Shown here: in pieces, positions 19,271-29,048 of the stretch
Layout of the letters: the number at the start of each line of letters is the position of its first letter
Numbering within the stretch: the first letter of the stretch is position 1
Source: Bosea sp. (in: a-proteobacteria)
GTDB lineage: Bacteria > Pseudomonadota > Alphaproteobacteria > Rhizobiales > Beijerinckiaceae
Length of the DNA stretch: 40,541 nucleotides
Assembly: GCA_046292405.1 (NCBI GenBank)
Contig: JBKBRD010000001.1
Span: 1-40,541, forward strand
Direction of reading: 5' to 3'
Notes under the pieces: model-generated
The model's input: only the letters and a program-made list of their open reading frames with translations
Told to the model about the DNA's origin: nothing
The model's database searches: none
Translations under genes and position numbers: made by a program

Positions 19271-19513
19271 TCAAGGGTTGTCCTTGTCACCAACCAGCAT
19301 CACTCCCACGCTTTGGCCGGAGTTGAGCAGGACGATGCCAACGCCTTCAAAGGCTCGACGGACCTGATCGCGTGTTGATTCGTACACCTCGAGTCCGCTG
19401 TCGGATTCAAGGCGCTTCAACGCGGTCAGTGATACCCGGGCCTTGTCAGCGAGTGTCTCCTGTGTCCAGCCGAGCAACGCGCGTGCGGCCCGTGATTGTC
19501 GGGCGGTGATCAT
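19271..19513 (-). CDS. XRE-family HTH transcriptional regulator
   Basis: MITARQSRAARALLGWTQETLADKARVSLTALKRLE. Confidence 0.9.
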   Translation of the reverse strand: MITARQSRAARALLGWTQETLADKARVSLTALKRLESDSGLEVYESTRDQVRRAFEGVGIVLLNSGQSVGVMLVGDKDNP

Positions 19514-19662
19514 GCATGATCACCTCCCACTCGGACCTACGCGAGCGCCAGAACTACGGCTATAATAGTCGTTCTTGCTAGGAATGGCCAGCGGTTCTGG
19601 CTTTTGCCGCGCGATTCCAGCATCGGATGCCGCAGGTGATTCGCTTCATCGTCAGGCGTTTG

Positions 19663-19689
19663 GCCCCGCCCGGATTGTCCGGGCGGGGC
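19663..19689. terminator. GC-rich hairpin downstream of DUF736 (probable terminator)
   Basis: GCCCCGCCCGGA-TTG-TCCGGGCGGGGC, 12-bp perfect stem; no clear U-tract. Confidence 0.6.
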
Positions 19690-19701
19690 TTCGCGCTGGG
19701 C

Positions 19702-20031
19702 TTACTCGCCGTTGCGGCGGCCGTTCGGGCGGGACCAGATGAGGCTGAAGCCTTCGCCTTCCTCGTCGTCGAAGAGGTTGGCGTAGATCGGGGCGTTGAA
19801 GCTAGGATCGTCGAGCTTCAGGCCCAGATAGGCACGGCCCTCGTTGGAGGTTTTGGACCAGGCGGCGCCGATCTCGGCGCGGCCGACGAAGACGCGGTGG
19901 CTGGGGGCGTTCTCGCCGGTGGCGCGGGCCTCGGGGACGATGCGGACGTTCTTCGTCTGCAGGCTGAGGGTGACGATTTCGCCGTTGAACTCGTTGTTGC
20001 CGGTCTTCTTGAAGGTGCCGATGGTCGCCAT
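19702..20031 (-). CDS. DUF736 family protein (second paralog)
   Basis: MATIGTFKK...ENAPSHRV...EIGAAWSK...KLDDPSF.APIYANL; RBS AAGGAG before ATG 20031. Confidence 0.92.
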   Translation of the reverse strand: MATIGTFKKTGNNEFNGEIVTLSLQTKNVRIVPEARATGENAPSHRVFVGRAEIGAAWSKTSNEGRAYLGLKLDDPSFNAPIYANLFDDEEGEGFSLIWSRPNGRRNGE

Positions 20032-20610
20032 GATAGTTCTCCTTGAACTCTGCTCCGAGCCCGCACCATTGCGGCCTCGATGGCGATCGACAGGCCGGAG
20101 GCGATTGACGGCGCACCCCGCAGGGGCCTGACAGCAAAGGAGGGGCTTTCTTGGCTCGCGAGGAATGACGGCGCAGCCGGCAGGGGAAGAAAGTTTCGAC
20201 GCCGCTGTTGCGGCATAGGCGATCGAGGCGCAGCCGACCTTCGGCCAGATCAGCCCATTGAAGAGGCCGTTTTGGAGCGGTCGACCTGACAGAGACGCAT
20301 CACCGGAGAACGTGGCGACCACCCCGAACCGATGGACCGTGACGACGCCTGACACGGCGGTTCAAACCAACTCCAGCAGACGCTCCGTTCCGCCGACTCC
20401 TGCCCGTCGCCCACGAGATCGCCCCCTCTCGGCACCCGCACCGTCGTTGGGCGCGCCGTCAGGGCATTGCCCCAAGCACCGTCACCGAGGGAATGGCGCG
20501 TCAATTGGGTTAGCCGTCGATCCGATCAACGCGATTGCGAATGACCCTGCCGACGAGGAGCGCGACACGTAAGACATCAACCCACCGTCCTGCCGCCGCC
20601 GGCAACGATG

Positions 20611-21051
20611 TCAGGCGCGCGCGACGTTCTGCACGGTTGGCCCGGGTGCGGCCATTCCTGTCACCCGGATCAGCGCCGTTACGCCAACGGCAATCGCGCC
20701 GATGACGGAGAAGATGATCTGCCAGGTGTCGGAGGGCATGGTGTGTTTCACGATGCCATGTGTCGCATGGTAGCCAGCGAGCGCCGCAGGCGCGACGAAG
20801 GCGAGTGCGATCGCGAGCCGTATCCAGAGCGGACGGATGAAGGCGAGCAGGAACTGCCCGAGGCCGAGCGTCAGCGCGGCGACGGCGAGGCCGACGAGGA
20901 TCGCCCCGAGCCAACCGGCGCCGGTCTGGAAGGCCCAATTCCCGGCGCTGACGCCCGCGAAGAACGGCAGCGCGAAGACAGCCAGTGTGAATAGAAGCCA
21001 GCACAGGGCGCCGATCGCCACGATGCTGGAGAGGATGCCGATGAAAACCAT
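20611..21051 (-). CDS. Hypothetical multi-pass membrane protein
   Basis: About five hydrophobic segments; GGAG RBS upstream of ATG 21051. Confidence 0.75.
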   Translation of the reverse strand: MVFIGILSSIVAIGALCWLLFTLAVFALPFFAGVSAGNWAFQTGAGWLGAILVGLAVAALTLGLGQFLLAFIRPLWIRLAIALAFVAPAALAGYHATHGIVKHTMPSDTWQIIFSVIGAIAVGVTALIRVTGMAAPGPTVQNVARA

Positions 21052-21195
21052 GGTGGTGTTCTCCGTGAGATAAAGGTCTGACGGTCGCGCCTCCACCACC
21101 ACCACGGCGCGTTACCAGTATAGCCGAAGAGAAGACGAGACGGGAGCGGAAATCCCATGGGACTTCCGCTTGCGGCCGCGACGCCTTGCCCGCGA

Positions 21196-21363
21196 TTACG
21201 GGGCGAAGGGATCGACCTCGTGAACGATGGCGGCGAGTTCGCCGTCATATTCGGCTGCGGGCATGACGCCCATGGTGCCGTCGCCGGCCTGGAAGATGAC
21301 GATCGAGACCATGAGGGTGGTGGCGAGGCTGAAGGCGAAGGCGTGAGCTTGATTGAGGGACAT
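21196..21363 (-). CDS. Small hypothetical protein (55 aa)
   Basis: AGGAG RBS then MSLNQAHAFAFSLA...HEVDPFAP; backbone-like codon usage. Confidence 0.65.
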   Translation of the reverse strand: MSLNQAHAFAFSLATTLMVSIVIFQAGDGTMGVMPAAEYDGELAAIVHEVDPFAP

Positions 21364-21699
21364 GTGACCGGCTCCTGTCTTGGAGGCGGGAGGCCATCTC
21401 CCGCGCGACAGGCGCCCGATGTGTCCGGCCGATGGCCGCAATCACCGCGCAGGCGAAGCCGGAGCGGCGGCACGCTTTGCGTAGTCCGACCCTTTATGGG
21501 TTGATGGCGTCAGGCCAGCGGCTGGACCAAGGATCAGCGCAATGGAAGCGGGAGATGGTTTTCCGCCATGACCGAAGCCATGATGGAAACGCCCGCTCAA
21601 TGCTTTCGGGCCAAAGCATCGCCACCATGCTGCCGGTCGTGATGCTGCCGACATGGACAGGTATAGTCATCCTAAGTGCAACAGCCGAAGAGGACGCCC

Positions 21700-22260
21700 A
21701 TGCCGAAGCTGCCTAAGAAAACCGACTTCCCGGTCAGCCAGGTGCGGCGCTATCTGGAGCCCGGCCCGATCGTGCTGGTGTCGTCGAAGTGGCAGGGCGC
21801 GACGAACATCATGACGCTCGGCTGGCACACGATCCTGGAGTTTTCGCCGTCTCTGGTCGGCCTGATGATCTCCGGCGGCAATCACAGTCACCGGATGATC
21901 CGCGAGAGCCGGGAGTGTGTGATCAATCTGCCGACGACGGCGCTGACCGATACCGTGGTCGGGATCGGCAATACGTCGGGAGCCGAAATCGACAAGTTCG
22001 CCAAGTTCGACCTCACGGCGGAAGACGCGAGCGAGATCAATGCGCCGCTCATCGGCGAATGCCATGCCAGCTTCGAATGCCGCCTTCATGACGATGCACT
22101 GGTCGACAAGTACAACTTCTTCATCTTCGAGGTGGTGAAGGCGCATGTCGCCACGTCGCCAAAACATCCCGAGACGTTGCACTATACCGGCGACGGCGTG
22201 TTCGTGGTGTCCGGCAAGGTCATCAGCCGCAGATCGCTGTTCCGACCTGAGATGCTGTGA
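21700..22260 (+). CDS. Flavin reductase-like (FMN-binding split barrel) protein
   Basis: PGPIVLVSS, NIMTLGW, ECVINLP, GNTSG..IDKF, APLIGEC...EC, LHYTGDG; RBS GAGGA. Confidence 0.88.
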   Translation: MPKLPKKTDFPVSQVRRYLEPGPIVLVSSKWQGATNIMTLGWHTILEFSPSLVGLMISGGNHSHRMIRESRECVINLPTTALTDTVVGIGNTSGAEIDKFAKFDLTAEDASEINAPLIGECHASFECRLHDDALVDKYNFFIFEVVKAHVATSPKHPETLHYTGDGVFVVSGKVISRRSLFRPEML

Positions 22261-22269
22261 AGGCAGCGC

Positions 22270-23205
22270 TTACGCGCCGCCTCCTTTCTGGCGGAAATCG
22301 TACAGTGGAATGCCAAGCTTCCTCGCCTTGTCGGCGAGATTGTCCTGGATGCCGGTGCCGGGGAAGACGATGACCCCGATCGGGAGCACGTCGAGCATCT
22401 GATCGTTGCGCTTGAACGGTGCGGCCTTGGCGTGTTTCGTCCAGTCGGGGGCGAAGCCGACCTGCGGCACCTTGCGGGTGTCGGCCCATTTTGCCGCGAT
22501 CTTCTCGGCGCCCTTCGGCGATTTGCCGTGCAGCAACACCATGTCGGGGTGTTTGGCGTGGACCTGATCGAGCTTGGCCCAGATCAGGTGATGATCGTTG
22601 AAGTCGAGCCCGCCGGTGAAGGCGATCTTCGGACCTGCGGGCAGCAGCACCTGATTGTCGGCGCGTTTCTTGGCGGCGAGGAAGTCCCGGCTGTCGATCA
22701 TCGCCGAGGTCAGGTTGCGATGGTTGACCATCGATCCGCTGCGCGGTCGCCAGTTCGATCCGGTATGGCGCTCATAGTGTTCGGCGGCCTGGTCGCGCAT
22801 CAGCTCGAAGGCGTTGCGGCGCTCGATCAGGGTCTGCCCCTCGGCCGTCAGGCGTTCCAGCTCGACGGCCTTCACTTCGCTGCCGTCCTGTTCGCGCTGG
22901 CCGCGGCGCTGCGCCTGTTCATTGTCGTCCAGCTCGCGCTCGATCCGGACGGTGGCCCGGTGGAAGAGGTTGACGGTCGACCAGAGGAGATCGTCGAGGT
23001 CGGGCTCGAGGCGGGTGTCTTCCAGGGTGACGATCAGGGCGTCGAAGATGTCGGCGATGGCGCCGGCGACATGGTCGCCCTCCGGAAGCGGTCGGGGATC
23101 GGGTTCATCCGTGAAGGGACGGTAGCCATAAAGCTGAAGTTCGCTGAGGACATGGTCGGTGGGGGAAGAGGCGTGGTGCGGTTCGTAGTCGTCGTGCTTG
23201 CTCAT
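22270..23205 (-). CDS. DUF2493 (YspA/SLOG-like) domain protein
   Basis: C-terminal IAFTGG...VLLHG.SPKGAE..A..WA...AAPFKRN...FPGTG SLOG-type motifs; N-terminal coiled coil. Confidence 0.82.
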   Translation of the reverse strand: MSKHDDYEPHHASSPTDHVLSELQLYGYRPFTDEPDPRPLPEGDHVAGAIADIFDALIVTLEDTRLEPDLDDLLWSTVNLFHRATVRIERELDDNEQAQRRGQREQDGSEVKAVELERLTAEGQTLIERRNAFELMRDQAAEHYERHTGSNWRPRSGSMVNHRNLTSAMIDSRDFLAAKKRADNQVLLPAGPKIAFTGGLDFNDHHLIWAKLDQVHAKHPDMVLLHGKSPKGAEKIAAKWADTRKVPQVGFAPDWTKHAKAAPFKRNDQMLDVLPIGVIVFPGTGIQDNLADKARKLGIPLYDFRQKGGGA

Positions 23206-23519
23206 GGGATGCTCCGTCGGTTCGACCGCGACCCTCGCGGCCTTCATGGCGACGAAAGCCGGCGGGCGGGCCGGACCTGCATCCGCAGCGGAGCGGAGGG
23301 CCGGAGCACAGCGGAGGAGGACGAAGGCGGGCTATTTTGCCTCGCGATGGAAAGCGGCCTGCGGCCGCGCCGGAAAATAGTCCGCCGCAGGCATTGCGGG
23401 TTCGGGCCGTTTGCTGGCCGATCGCCCTCTCGAAGGCCGGGGCGCGGTTCTCTCCGACCTGGGGATCATCCGAGCGATGCCGACGACGGTGCTCCCGCCG
23501 CCTGCATTCTCCTCGCGGC

Positions 23520-24569
23520 CTATGCCGCCAGCGCCATGAAGCGTGCGACGTCCTGTGGCGCGATCTGAACCCGTGCCGCTGCCCGGAGACTGTCCAGACC
23601 CGCCAAACGGAGATCCTCGTTGAAGTCGCCCAAGGTTGGAGACACCACGACCGCCTCGATCCCGGCCGCATTCGCCCGCTCGATCAACGTCGTCATCGCA
23701 CCGTCGCCGGCCGGATCATTGTCGCGCGCGATGTAGAGCCGGCGCAGCGTGTCGGGGAACAGGATGGCCGAGAGATGCGCCGCCGAGAGCGCTGCCGCCA
23801 TCGGCATGGTGGGCAGCGCCATTCTGAGCGACAGCATCGTCTCTATGCCTTCGCCCGCCGCCATTACTTCGCCCGCCACACCGAAGCGAACGGCGTGTCC
23901 CAGGAGGTCGCCCATCGCCCGTCTCGGTGTGTCGATCGGGGCTTTGTCCGAGCCGTCAGGGGCTAGCCAGGTGCGATGCGCGCCGGTCTGATGCCCGGCG
24001 AGATCGGTGACCGATGCGATCATCGCCGGCCAGGTCTCGGTCGGGGAATGCTCGTCAGGCCGGTAGTAGCAGCGAGGATGGAAGCGTAGGCTTCCGGTTC
24101 CGTGCAAATCCGTAATGCCGCGTGTGCGGAGATACGTCTTTACGAGCGTGCCTGAGATCGGCTGCGCCATGGCAAAGAGCCGCCGTGCCGCTTCCGGTGA
24201 TCCGGATGGTGCCGGTGATTTGCGTTCGCCGTCATGCGGATGGTCCGGTTCGGGATGGGGCATCGACAGGAAGGTGCGCGCCTCATCGGCGACGTCCTTG
24301 AAGTCGATCAGGCCGCAGCTCTCGCGAATGACGTCGAGCAGATCGCCATGCTCGCCGGTGGCAGCGTCGGTCCATTTGCCGGCGGCGCCCTTGCCGGTTT
24401 CGCCGCCCTTTAGCCGCACGAACATCGAGCGGCCGGGCGTATTGCGGACATCGCCGACCAGCCAATAGCGGCCCTCGCGATGGCCGGAGGTCAGGTAATG
24501 CCGGCACACCGCCTCGGCCTGTCTGCCAAGACGGATCGCCAGCTCGGAAGCGTCGTGCCGTGCCATCAC
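23520..24569 (-). CDS. Toprim-domain (primase-like) protein
   Basis: GKWTDAATGEHGDLLD, YLRTRGI, GEGIET, IARDND toprim motifs; overlaps the helicase stop. Confidence 0.88.
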   Translation of the reverse strand: MMARHDASELAIRLGRQAEAVCRHYLTSGHREGRYWLVGDVRNTPGRSMFVRLKGGETGKGAAGKWTDAATGEHGDLLDVIRESCGLIDFKDVADEARTFLSMPHPEPDHPHDGERKSPAPSGSPEAARRLFAMAQPISGTLVKTYLRTRGITDLHGTGSLRFHPRCYYRPDEHSPTETWPAMIASVTDLAGHQTGAHRTWLAPDGSDKAPIDTPRRAMGDLLGHAVRFGVAGEVMAAGEGIETMLSLRMALPTMPMAAALSAAHLSAILFPDTLRRLYIARDNDPAGDGAMTTLIERANAAGIEAVVVSPTLGDFNEDLRLAGLDSLRAAARVQIAPQDVARFMALAA

Positions 24570-27500
24570 GCCGCCTCCCGCTCACTGACGCGCTCGACGG
24601 GATAGCGCTCCAGGACCTTGGCCAGGATTGCAGCGCCGGTCGTATCGGTCGGCACGAACATCCGCAGCTTCCACGAGATGATCTCGTGGAACAGGCCATA
24701 GGCCCGCAGGCGATCGCGCATGGCGTCGGTGAAGCCCGACAGCTCGATGCGGTTGGCGCCCATGACCCGGACGCGACGAAGCTGAAGACCCTCGGTGAGG
24801 TCGACGATGGTCTTCCCGTCCATCAGCGCCATGAAGGCGTCGTCGGGCGTCAGGGTTGACGTGCCGGTCGCGAGCGCGCCCGCCACCCATGCGGGGGAGA
24901 CGCGGCGACCGACGATGCGCTCGCCGTCATCGGTCTGGAGTCGATAAACCCGCGTCGACTCGTTCGGCAGCCGCTTCCAGATCGGCAGCAAGAGCCCGCT
25001 GACGACATGGATGGTGCTATCGGCATATTCCGGCACCTCGGCGATCTCGGCATCCCAAGCCGCTTTGAAGGCGATCCGCTCCGCCTGCACCCAATGGGTC
25101 TCGTCCATCACCTTGATGGGAATGTTGTGCGCCTCCATCGGCCGGATCAGCCGCACGCGCCGTTCGATCTCGCCATCGTCCAGCATGATGCTGGTGGTTG
25201 GTATCTGCACGGCGGCGCGGCCCGAACGCTCGTTGACCAGCAGCTTCGCGCCCGGGTCATCGAGATGGTCGAGCGCCTCGGCCAGCGTCACGGGACGGTT
25301 TCGCTGGCGCTGGGTGATGGTCAGCAGCCGAGCCTCGGCCCCGGTGCCAGGATGAACGTGGATCGTTCGGCGGTCGGTGACGATGAAGCTCTCGGCCTGC
25401 AGCGTCTCCAGCCCGACGTCGTAGCTGCCCGAAGCGATTGCGCCTTCGATCTTGGCGTTCAGCAGCCGCTCGAACGCGGTGAACAGGACACCCTGAAGCT
25501 CGATGGTCAGCGCCAGCAACCTGTTGAGAAACGTCGTGATGGGCGGCAACTCATCCTTGATGCCGGTGGAATCCATCAGCGAGAGGCCCGTGGCATCCTC
25601 GAACATCTGGAGTGAGCACCCCTCGACCTTGCCGCGCACCAGCAGCAGGTAGAGCTGCCGCAGGGCATCGCGGGCATAGTAGCTTTCCAGATTGTCTTCG
25701 GATCGGAACAGGCCTTGGCCGCCCGTCTGGCGCTGGCCACGCGTGATTGCGCCCAGGGTGTCGAGCCGTCGGGCAATGGTGGACAGGAAGCGCTTTTCCG
25801 CCTTTACGTCCGTCGAGATCGGCCGGAACAGCGGCGGCTGCGCCTGGTTGGTCCGGTTGGTGCGGCCCAGGCCCTGAATGGCGGCGTCGGCCTTCCAGCC
25901 CGGCTCCAGCAGATAGTGGACGCGCAGCCGCTGGTTCCGCGACGACAGGTCGGCATGGTAGCTGCGCCCGGTGCCGCCGGCGTCGGAGAAGATCAGGATG
26001 TGCTTCTGATCGTCCATGAAGGTCTGCGTTTCGGCCAGATTGGCCGAGGCGGCGCGGTTCTCCACGGCGAGGCGGTCGATGCCGCCGGGGCTGGTCCTGC
26101 GGACAATGCGGCGCGAACGTCCCGTCACCTCCGCCACGACATCGGTGCCGAAGCGCTGGACGATCTGGTCGAGCGCGCCGGGGACCGGGGGTAGCGAAGC
26201 TAACCTCTCGATCAGGCGGTCGCGACGGGCGACGGCGTCACGGCTCTCGACCGGCTGGCCATCGCGAAACACTGGCCGCGACGACAGGTTGCCCTCGCTG
26301 TCGGTGAAGGGCTCATAGAGCTGTACCGGGAAGGAATGGGCGAGGTAATCCAGGACATACTCGCGCGGGGTGATGTCCACCCGGACGTCATTCCATTCCT
26401 CGGTGGGGATCTCCGCGAGACGGCGCTCCATCAGGGCTTCGCCGGTCGACACGATCTGGACGACAGCGGCATGGCCGTCGACCAGGTCCTGCTCGATCGA
26501 GCGGATCAGGGTGGGCGTCTTCATCGAGGTCAGCAGATGGCCGAAGAAGCGCTGCTTGGCGGATTCGAAGGCCGAGCGGGCGGCGGATTTGGCCTGGCGG
26601 TTCAACGTGCCGCCGTCGCCGGTGATATTGGCGGCCTGCATCGCCGCGTCGAGATTGTTATGGATGACGGCGAAGGCGCCGGCATAGGCGTCGTAGATGC
26701 CGGTCTGCTCGGGGGTGAGCTGGTGCTCGACCAGTTCGTATTCGACGCCGTCATAGGAGAGCGACCGGGCCGTGTAGAGACCGAGCGAGCGCAGGTCGCG
26801 GGCCAGCACCTCCATCGCCGCCACGCCGCCGTCCTCGATCGCCTCGACGAATTCGGCGCGGGTCGAAAACGGGAAGTCCTCGCCGCCCCAGAGACCGAGG
26901 CGCTGGGCGTAGGCGAGATTGTGGACGGTGGTCGCGCCGGTCGCCGAGACATAGACGACGCGCGCGTTCGGCAGGGCGTGCTGGAGCCGAAGGCCCGCAC
27001 GGCCCTGCTGCGAGGCGGCGACGTCGCCGCGTTCGCCCTTGCCGCCTGCGGCATTCTGCATGGCGTGGCTCTCGTCGAAAATGATCACTCCATCGAAATC
27101 GGAGCCCAACCATTCGACGATCTGCTTGACGCGGGAAAGCTTGCTCCCACGGTCGTCGGACCGTAGCGTGGCATAGGTGGTGAATAGGACGGCTTCCGAT
27201 AGGGTGATGTCCTTGCCCTGCGGGAAACGCGACAGCGGTGTGACCAGCAGCCGCTCCATGCCGAGGGCCGACCAGTCACGCTGGGCGTCCTCCAGCAGCT
27301 TGTCGGATTTGGAGATCCACACCGCCTTGCGGCGGCCCTGCATCCAGTTGTCGAGGATGATGCCGGCCGATTGGCGACCTTTGCCGGCGCCGGTGCCGTC
27401 GCCGAGCATGAAGCCCCGGCGGAAGCGCACGGCGTTCGGCGCATCGTCGGGCGCGGCCGAGACGACGTCGAAGGTTTCGTCGAGCGTCCACGAACCGGCG

Positions 27501-28894
27501 AGGAAGTCGGCATGTGCCTCGCCGGCGTAGATGACGGTTTCGAGCTGGGCGTCGGAGAGGAGGCCATCCGAGACGATGTTGGCGGGCAGTCGGGGCCGGT
27601 AACTCGGCCTGGGCGGCGCGACCGAGGCCATCGCCACGGATTGCACCAGCTTGGTCGGATGGGCCTGGGCACCGGGAATGCGGATCGCCTGCAATCCGTA
27701 TTCTTCATAGATCGCGTCGGTGATCCGGCCGTTTTCGGCGGGAGTCCAGTCCACGGTCTCATAGGCGAGTTCGACGCCTTCGGGCTCGATGGACGCGGGC
27801 GTGGCGCGACGTGCAGCAGTGGTGCGCGCGAGGTATCCGCGAACGGTGCGGGGCGTCGCGGCGGACCCTGAGGTTTCCACTGGCGGGAGGGTCGAAGTCG
27901 CACGCGGTGGAACCTGCGTCTCGATCCAGTCGAGCAGCGTGGCGACGTCAGGCGCGATGCCGGGCGAAGCGGGAAACGCCGAACGATCGTCGGCCGGCAG
28001 CTTGTCGATGACCGTCAGCCGCGTGTCGATGGTCGTGCCGTGCTTGGCGTAGACCGAGCCGTCAATGGCCGCGGTGAAGACGACGCGGCCGCGCTCCTGA
28101 AGGCGGACGAAGGCCGCTGCCCAAGCCGGATGGTCGGAGCTGAAGTTGGCACCAGTGATCGCCACCAGCCGCCCGCCATCGGCGAGCCGGGCTAGTGCTG
28201 AAGCGACATGACGATAGGCGGCGTCGGCCACGCGGCCGGACACGTTTGCCATGGCGGAGAACGGCGGGTTCATCAGCACGACTGACGGGGTGGCGCCCGG
28301 CGCGAGATGATCGTCGATCTGGGCGGCGTCAAAGCGCGTGACGGCAACGGCCGGAAACAGCGCGGCGAGCAGGTCGGCGCGAGTCTCGGCCAGCTCGTTG
28401 AGGAGGAGCGTTCCGCCTGATATCTCGGCCAGGATGGCGAGCAGGCCGGTGCCAGCCGACGGCTCCAGGACAATGTCGCCAGCAGTTATGGAGGCGGCCG
28501 CCACGGCGGCGAGACCGAGCGGCACCGGCGTCGAGAACTGCTGAAGCGCCTGCGATTCTTCCGAACGCCGCGTATGCGTCGGCAGGAGCCCGGCGATCTT
28601 CCCAAGAGCGGAGAGACGTGCAGCCGGAGATGCGGCCTTGCGGAAAAGCGCCTTTCCGTATTTGCGCAGGAAGAGGACTGTCGCGACCTCGCAGGCCTCA
28701 TAGGCGGCCTTCCAGTCCCAGGCGCCGCTGGTGTCGGATGCGCCGAAGGCTTCTTCCATCGCTGCACGGAGGATCGCGGCGTCGATGTGCTGGCCGCGTT
28801 CGAGATAATCGAGAAGCTGTTGCGCCACCGCGAGGATCGGGGACGCACGGGTGACGGGCGCGGCCGGAAGGGCCACGGGAGACAGAATGTTCAT
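24566..28894 (-). CDS. N6-adenine methyltransferase / strawberry-notch-type SF2 helicase fusion
   Basis: VLEPSAGTG and NPPF MTase motifs; GDGTGAGKG, DESH, SAT and QGLGRTNR helicase motifs. Start set at ATG 28894. Confidence 0.9.
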   Translation of the reverse strand: MNILSPVALPAAPVTRASPILAVAQQLLDYLERGQHIDAAILRAAMEEAFGASDTSGAWDWKAAYEACEVATVLFLRKYGKALFRKAASPAARLSALGKIAGLLPTHTRRSEESQALQQFSTPVPLGLAAVAAASITAGDIVLEPSAGTGLLAILAEISGGTLLLNELAETRADLLAALFPAVAVTRFDAAQIDDHLAPGATPSVVLMNPPFSAMANVSGRVADAAYRHVASALARLADGGRLVAITGANFSSDHPAWAAAFVRLQERGRVVFTAAIDGSVYAKHGTTIDTRLTVIDKLPADDRSAFPASPGIAPDVATLLDWIETQVPPRATSTLPPVETSGSAATPRTVRGYLARTTAARRATPASIEPEGVELAYETVDWTPAENGRITDAIYEEYGLQAIRIPGAQAHPTKLVQSVAMASVAPPRPSYRPRLPANIVSDGLLSDAQLETVIYAGEAHADFLAGSWTLDETFDVVSAAPDDAPNAVRFRRGFMLGDGTGAGKGRQSAGIILDNWMQGRRKAVWISKSDKLLEDAQRDWSALGMERLLVTPLSRFPQGKDITLSEAVLFTTYATLRSDDRGSKLSRVKQIVEWLGSDFDGVIIFDESHAMQNAAGGKGERGDVAASQQGRAGLRLQHALPNARVVYVSATGATTVHNLAYAQRLGLWGGEDFPFSTRAEFVEAIEDGGVAAMEVLARDLRSLGLYTARSLSYDGVEYELVEHQLTPEQTGIYDAYAGAFAVIHNNLDAAMQAANITGDGGTLNRQAKSAARSAFESAKQRFFGHLLTSMKTPTLIRSIEQDLVDGHAAVVQIVSTGEALMERRLAEIPTEEWNDVRVDITPREYVLDYLAHSFPVQLYEPFTDSEGNLSSRPVFRDGQPVESRDAVARRDRLIERLASLPPVPGALDQIVQRFGTDVVAEVTGRSRRIVRRTSPGGIDRLAVENRAASANLAETQTFMDDQKHILIFSDAGGTGRSYHADLSSRNQRLRVHYLLEPGWKADAAIQGLGRTNRTNQAQPPLFRPISTDVKAEKRFLSTIARRLDTLGAITRGQRQTGGQGLFRSEDNLESYYARDALRQLYLLLVRGKVEGCSLQMFEDATGLSLMDSTGIKDELPPITTFLNRLLALTIELQGVLFTAFERLLNAKIEGAIASGSYDVGLETLQAESFIVTDRRTIHVHPGTGAEARLLTITQRQRNRPVTLAEALDHLDDPGAKLLVNERSGRAAVQIPTTSIMLDDGEIERRVRLIRPMEAHNIPIKVMDETHWVQAERIAFKAAWDAEIAEVPEYADSTIHVVSGLLLPIWKRLPNESTRVYRLQTDDGERIVGRRVSPAWVAGALATGTSTLTPDDAFMALMDGKTIVDLTEGLQLRRVRVMGANRIELSGFTDAMRDRLRAYGLFHEIISWKLRMFVPTDTTGAAILAKVLERYPVERVSEREAA

Positions 28895-28896
28895 GG

Positions 28897-28986
28897 GAGG
28901 AACCTCGGGAGAGCGGAAGGGACAAGCCCGGCGGCGCTCTCTCTCGACCGCCCGGACTCGACCCGTCCCGGCCGTCCTCTTCCTCT
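28897..28986. repeat. Leader repeat copy A (upstream of methylase-helicase), ~90 bp
   Basis: GGAGAGCGGA..GGGAC.A..CCGGCGGCGCTCTCTCTCGACCG...CTCGA..CC.TCCCGGCCGTCCT is shared with 29487-29577. Confidence 0.85.
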
Positions 28987-28999
28987 GATCCGCCGACAT

Positions 29000-29031
29000 A
29001 AAAAAAGCGCCCGACCGTGAGGCCGGGCGCT
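29000..29031 (-). terminator. Rho-independent terminator after the antirestriction gene
   Basis: Minus strand AGCGCCCGGCC-TCA-CGGTCGGGCGCT followed by a T run. Confidence 0.85.
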
Positions 29032-29048
29032 GAGGGAGACAGCCGATT

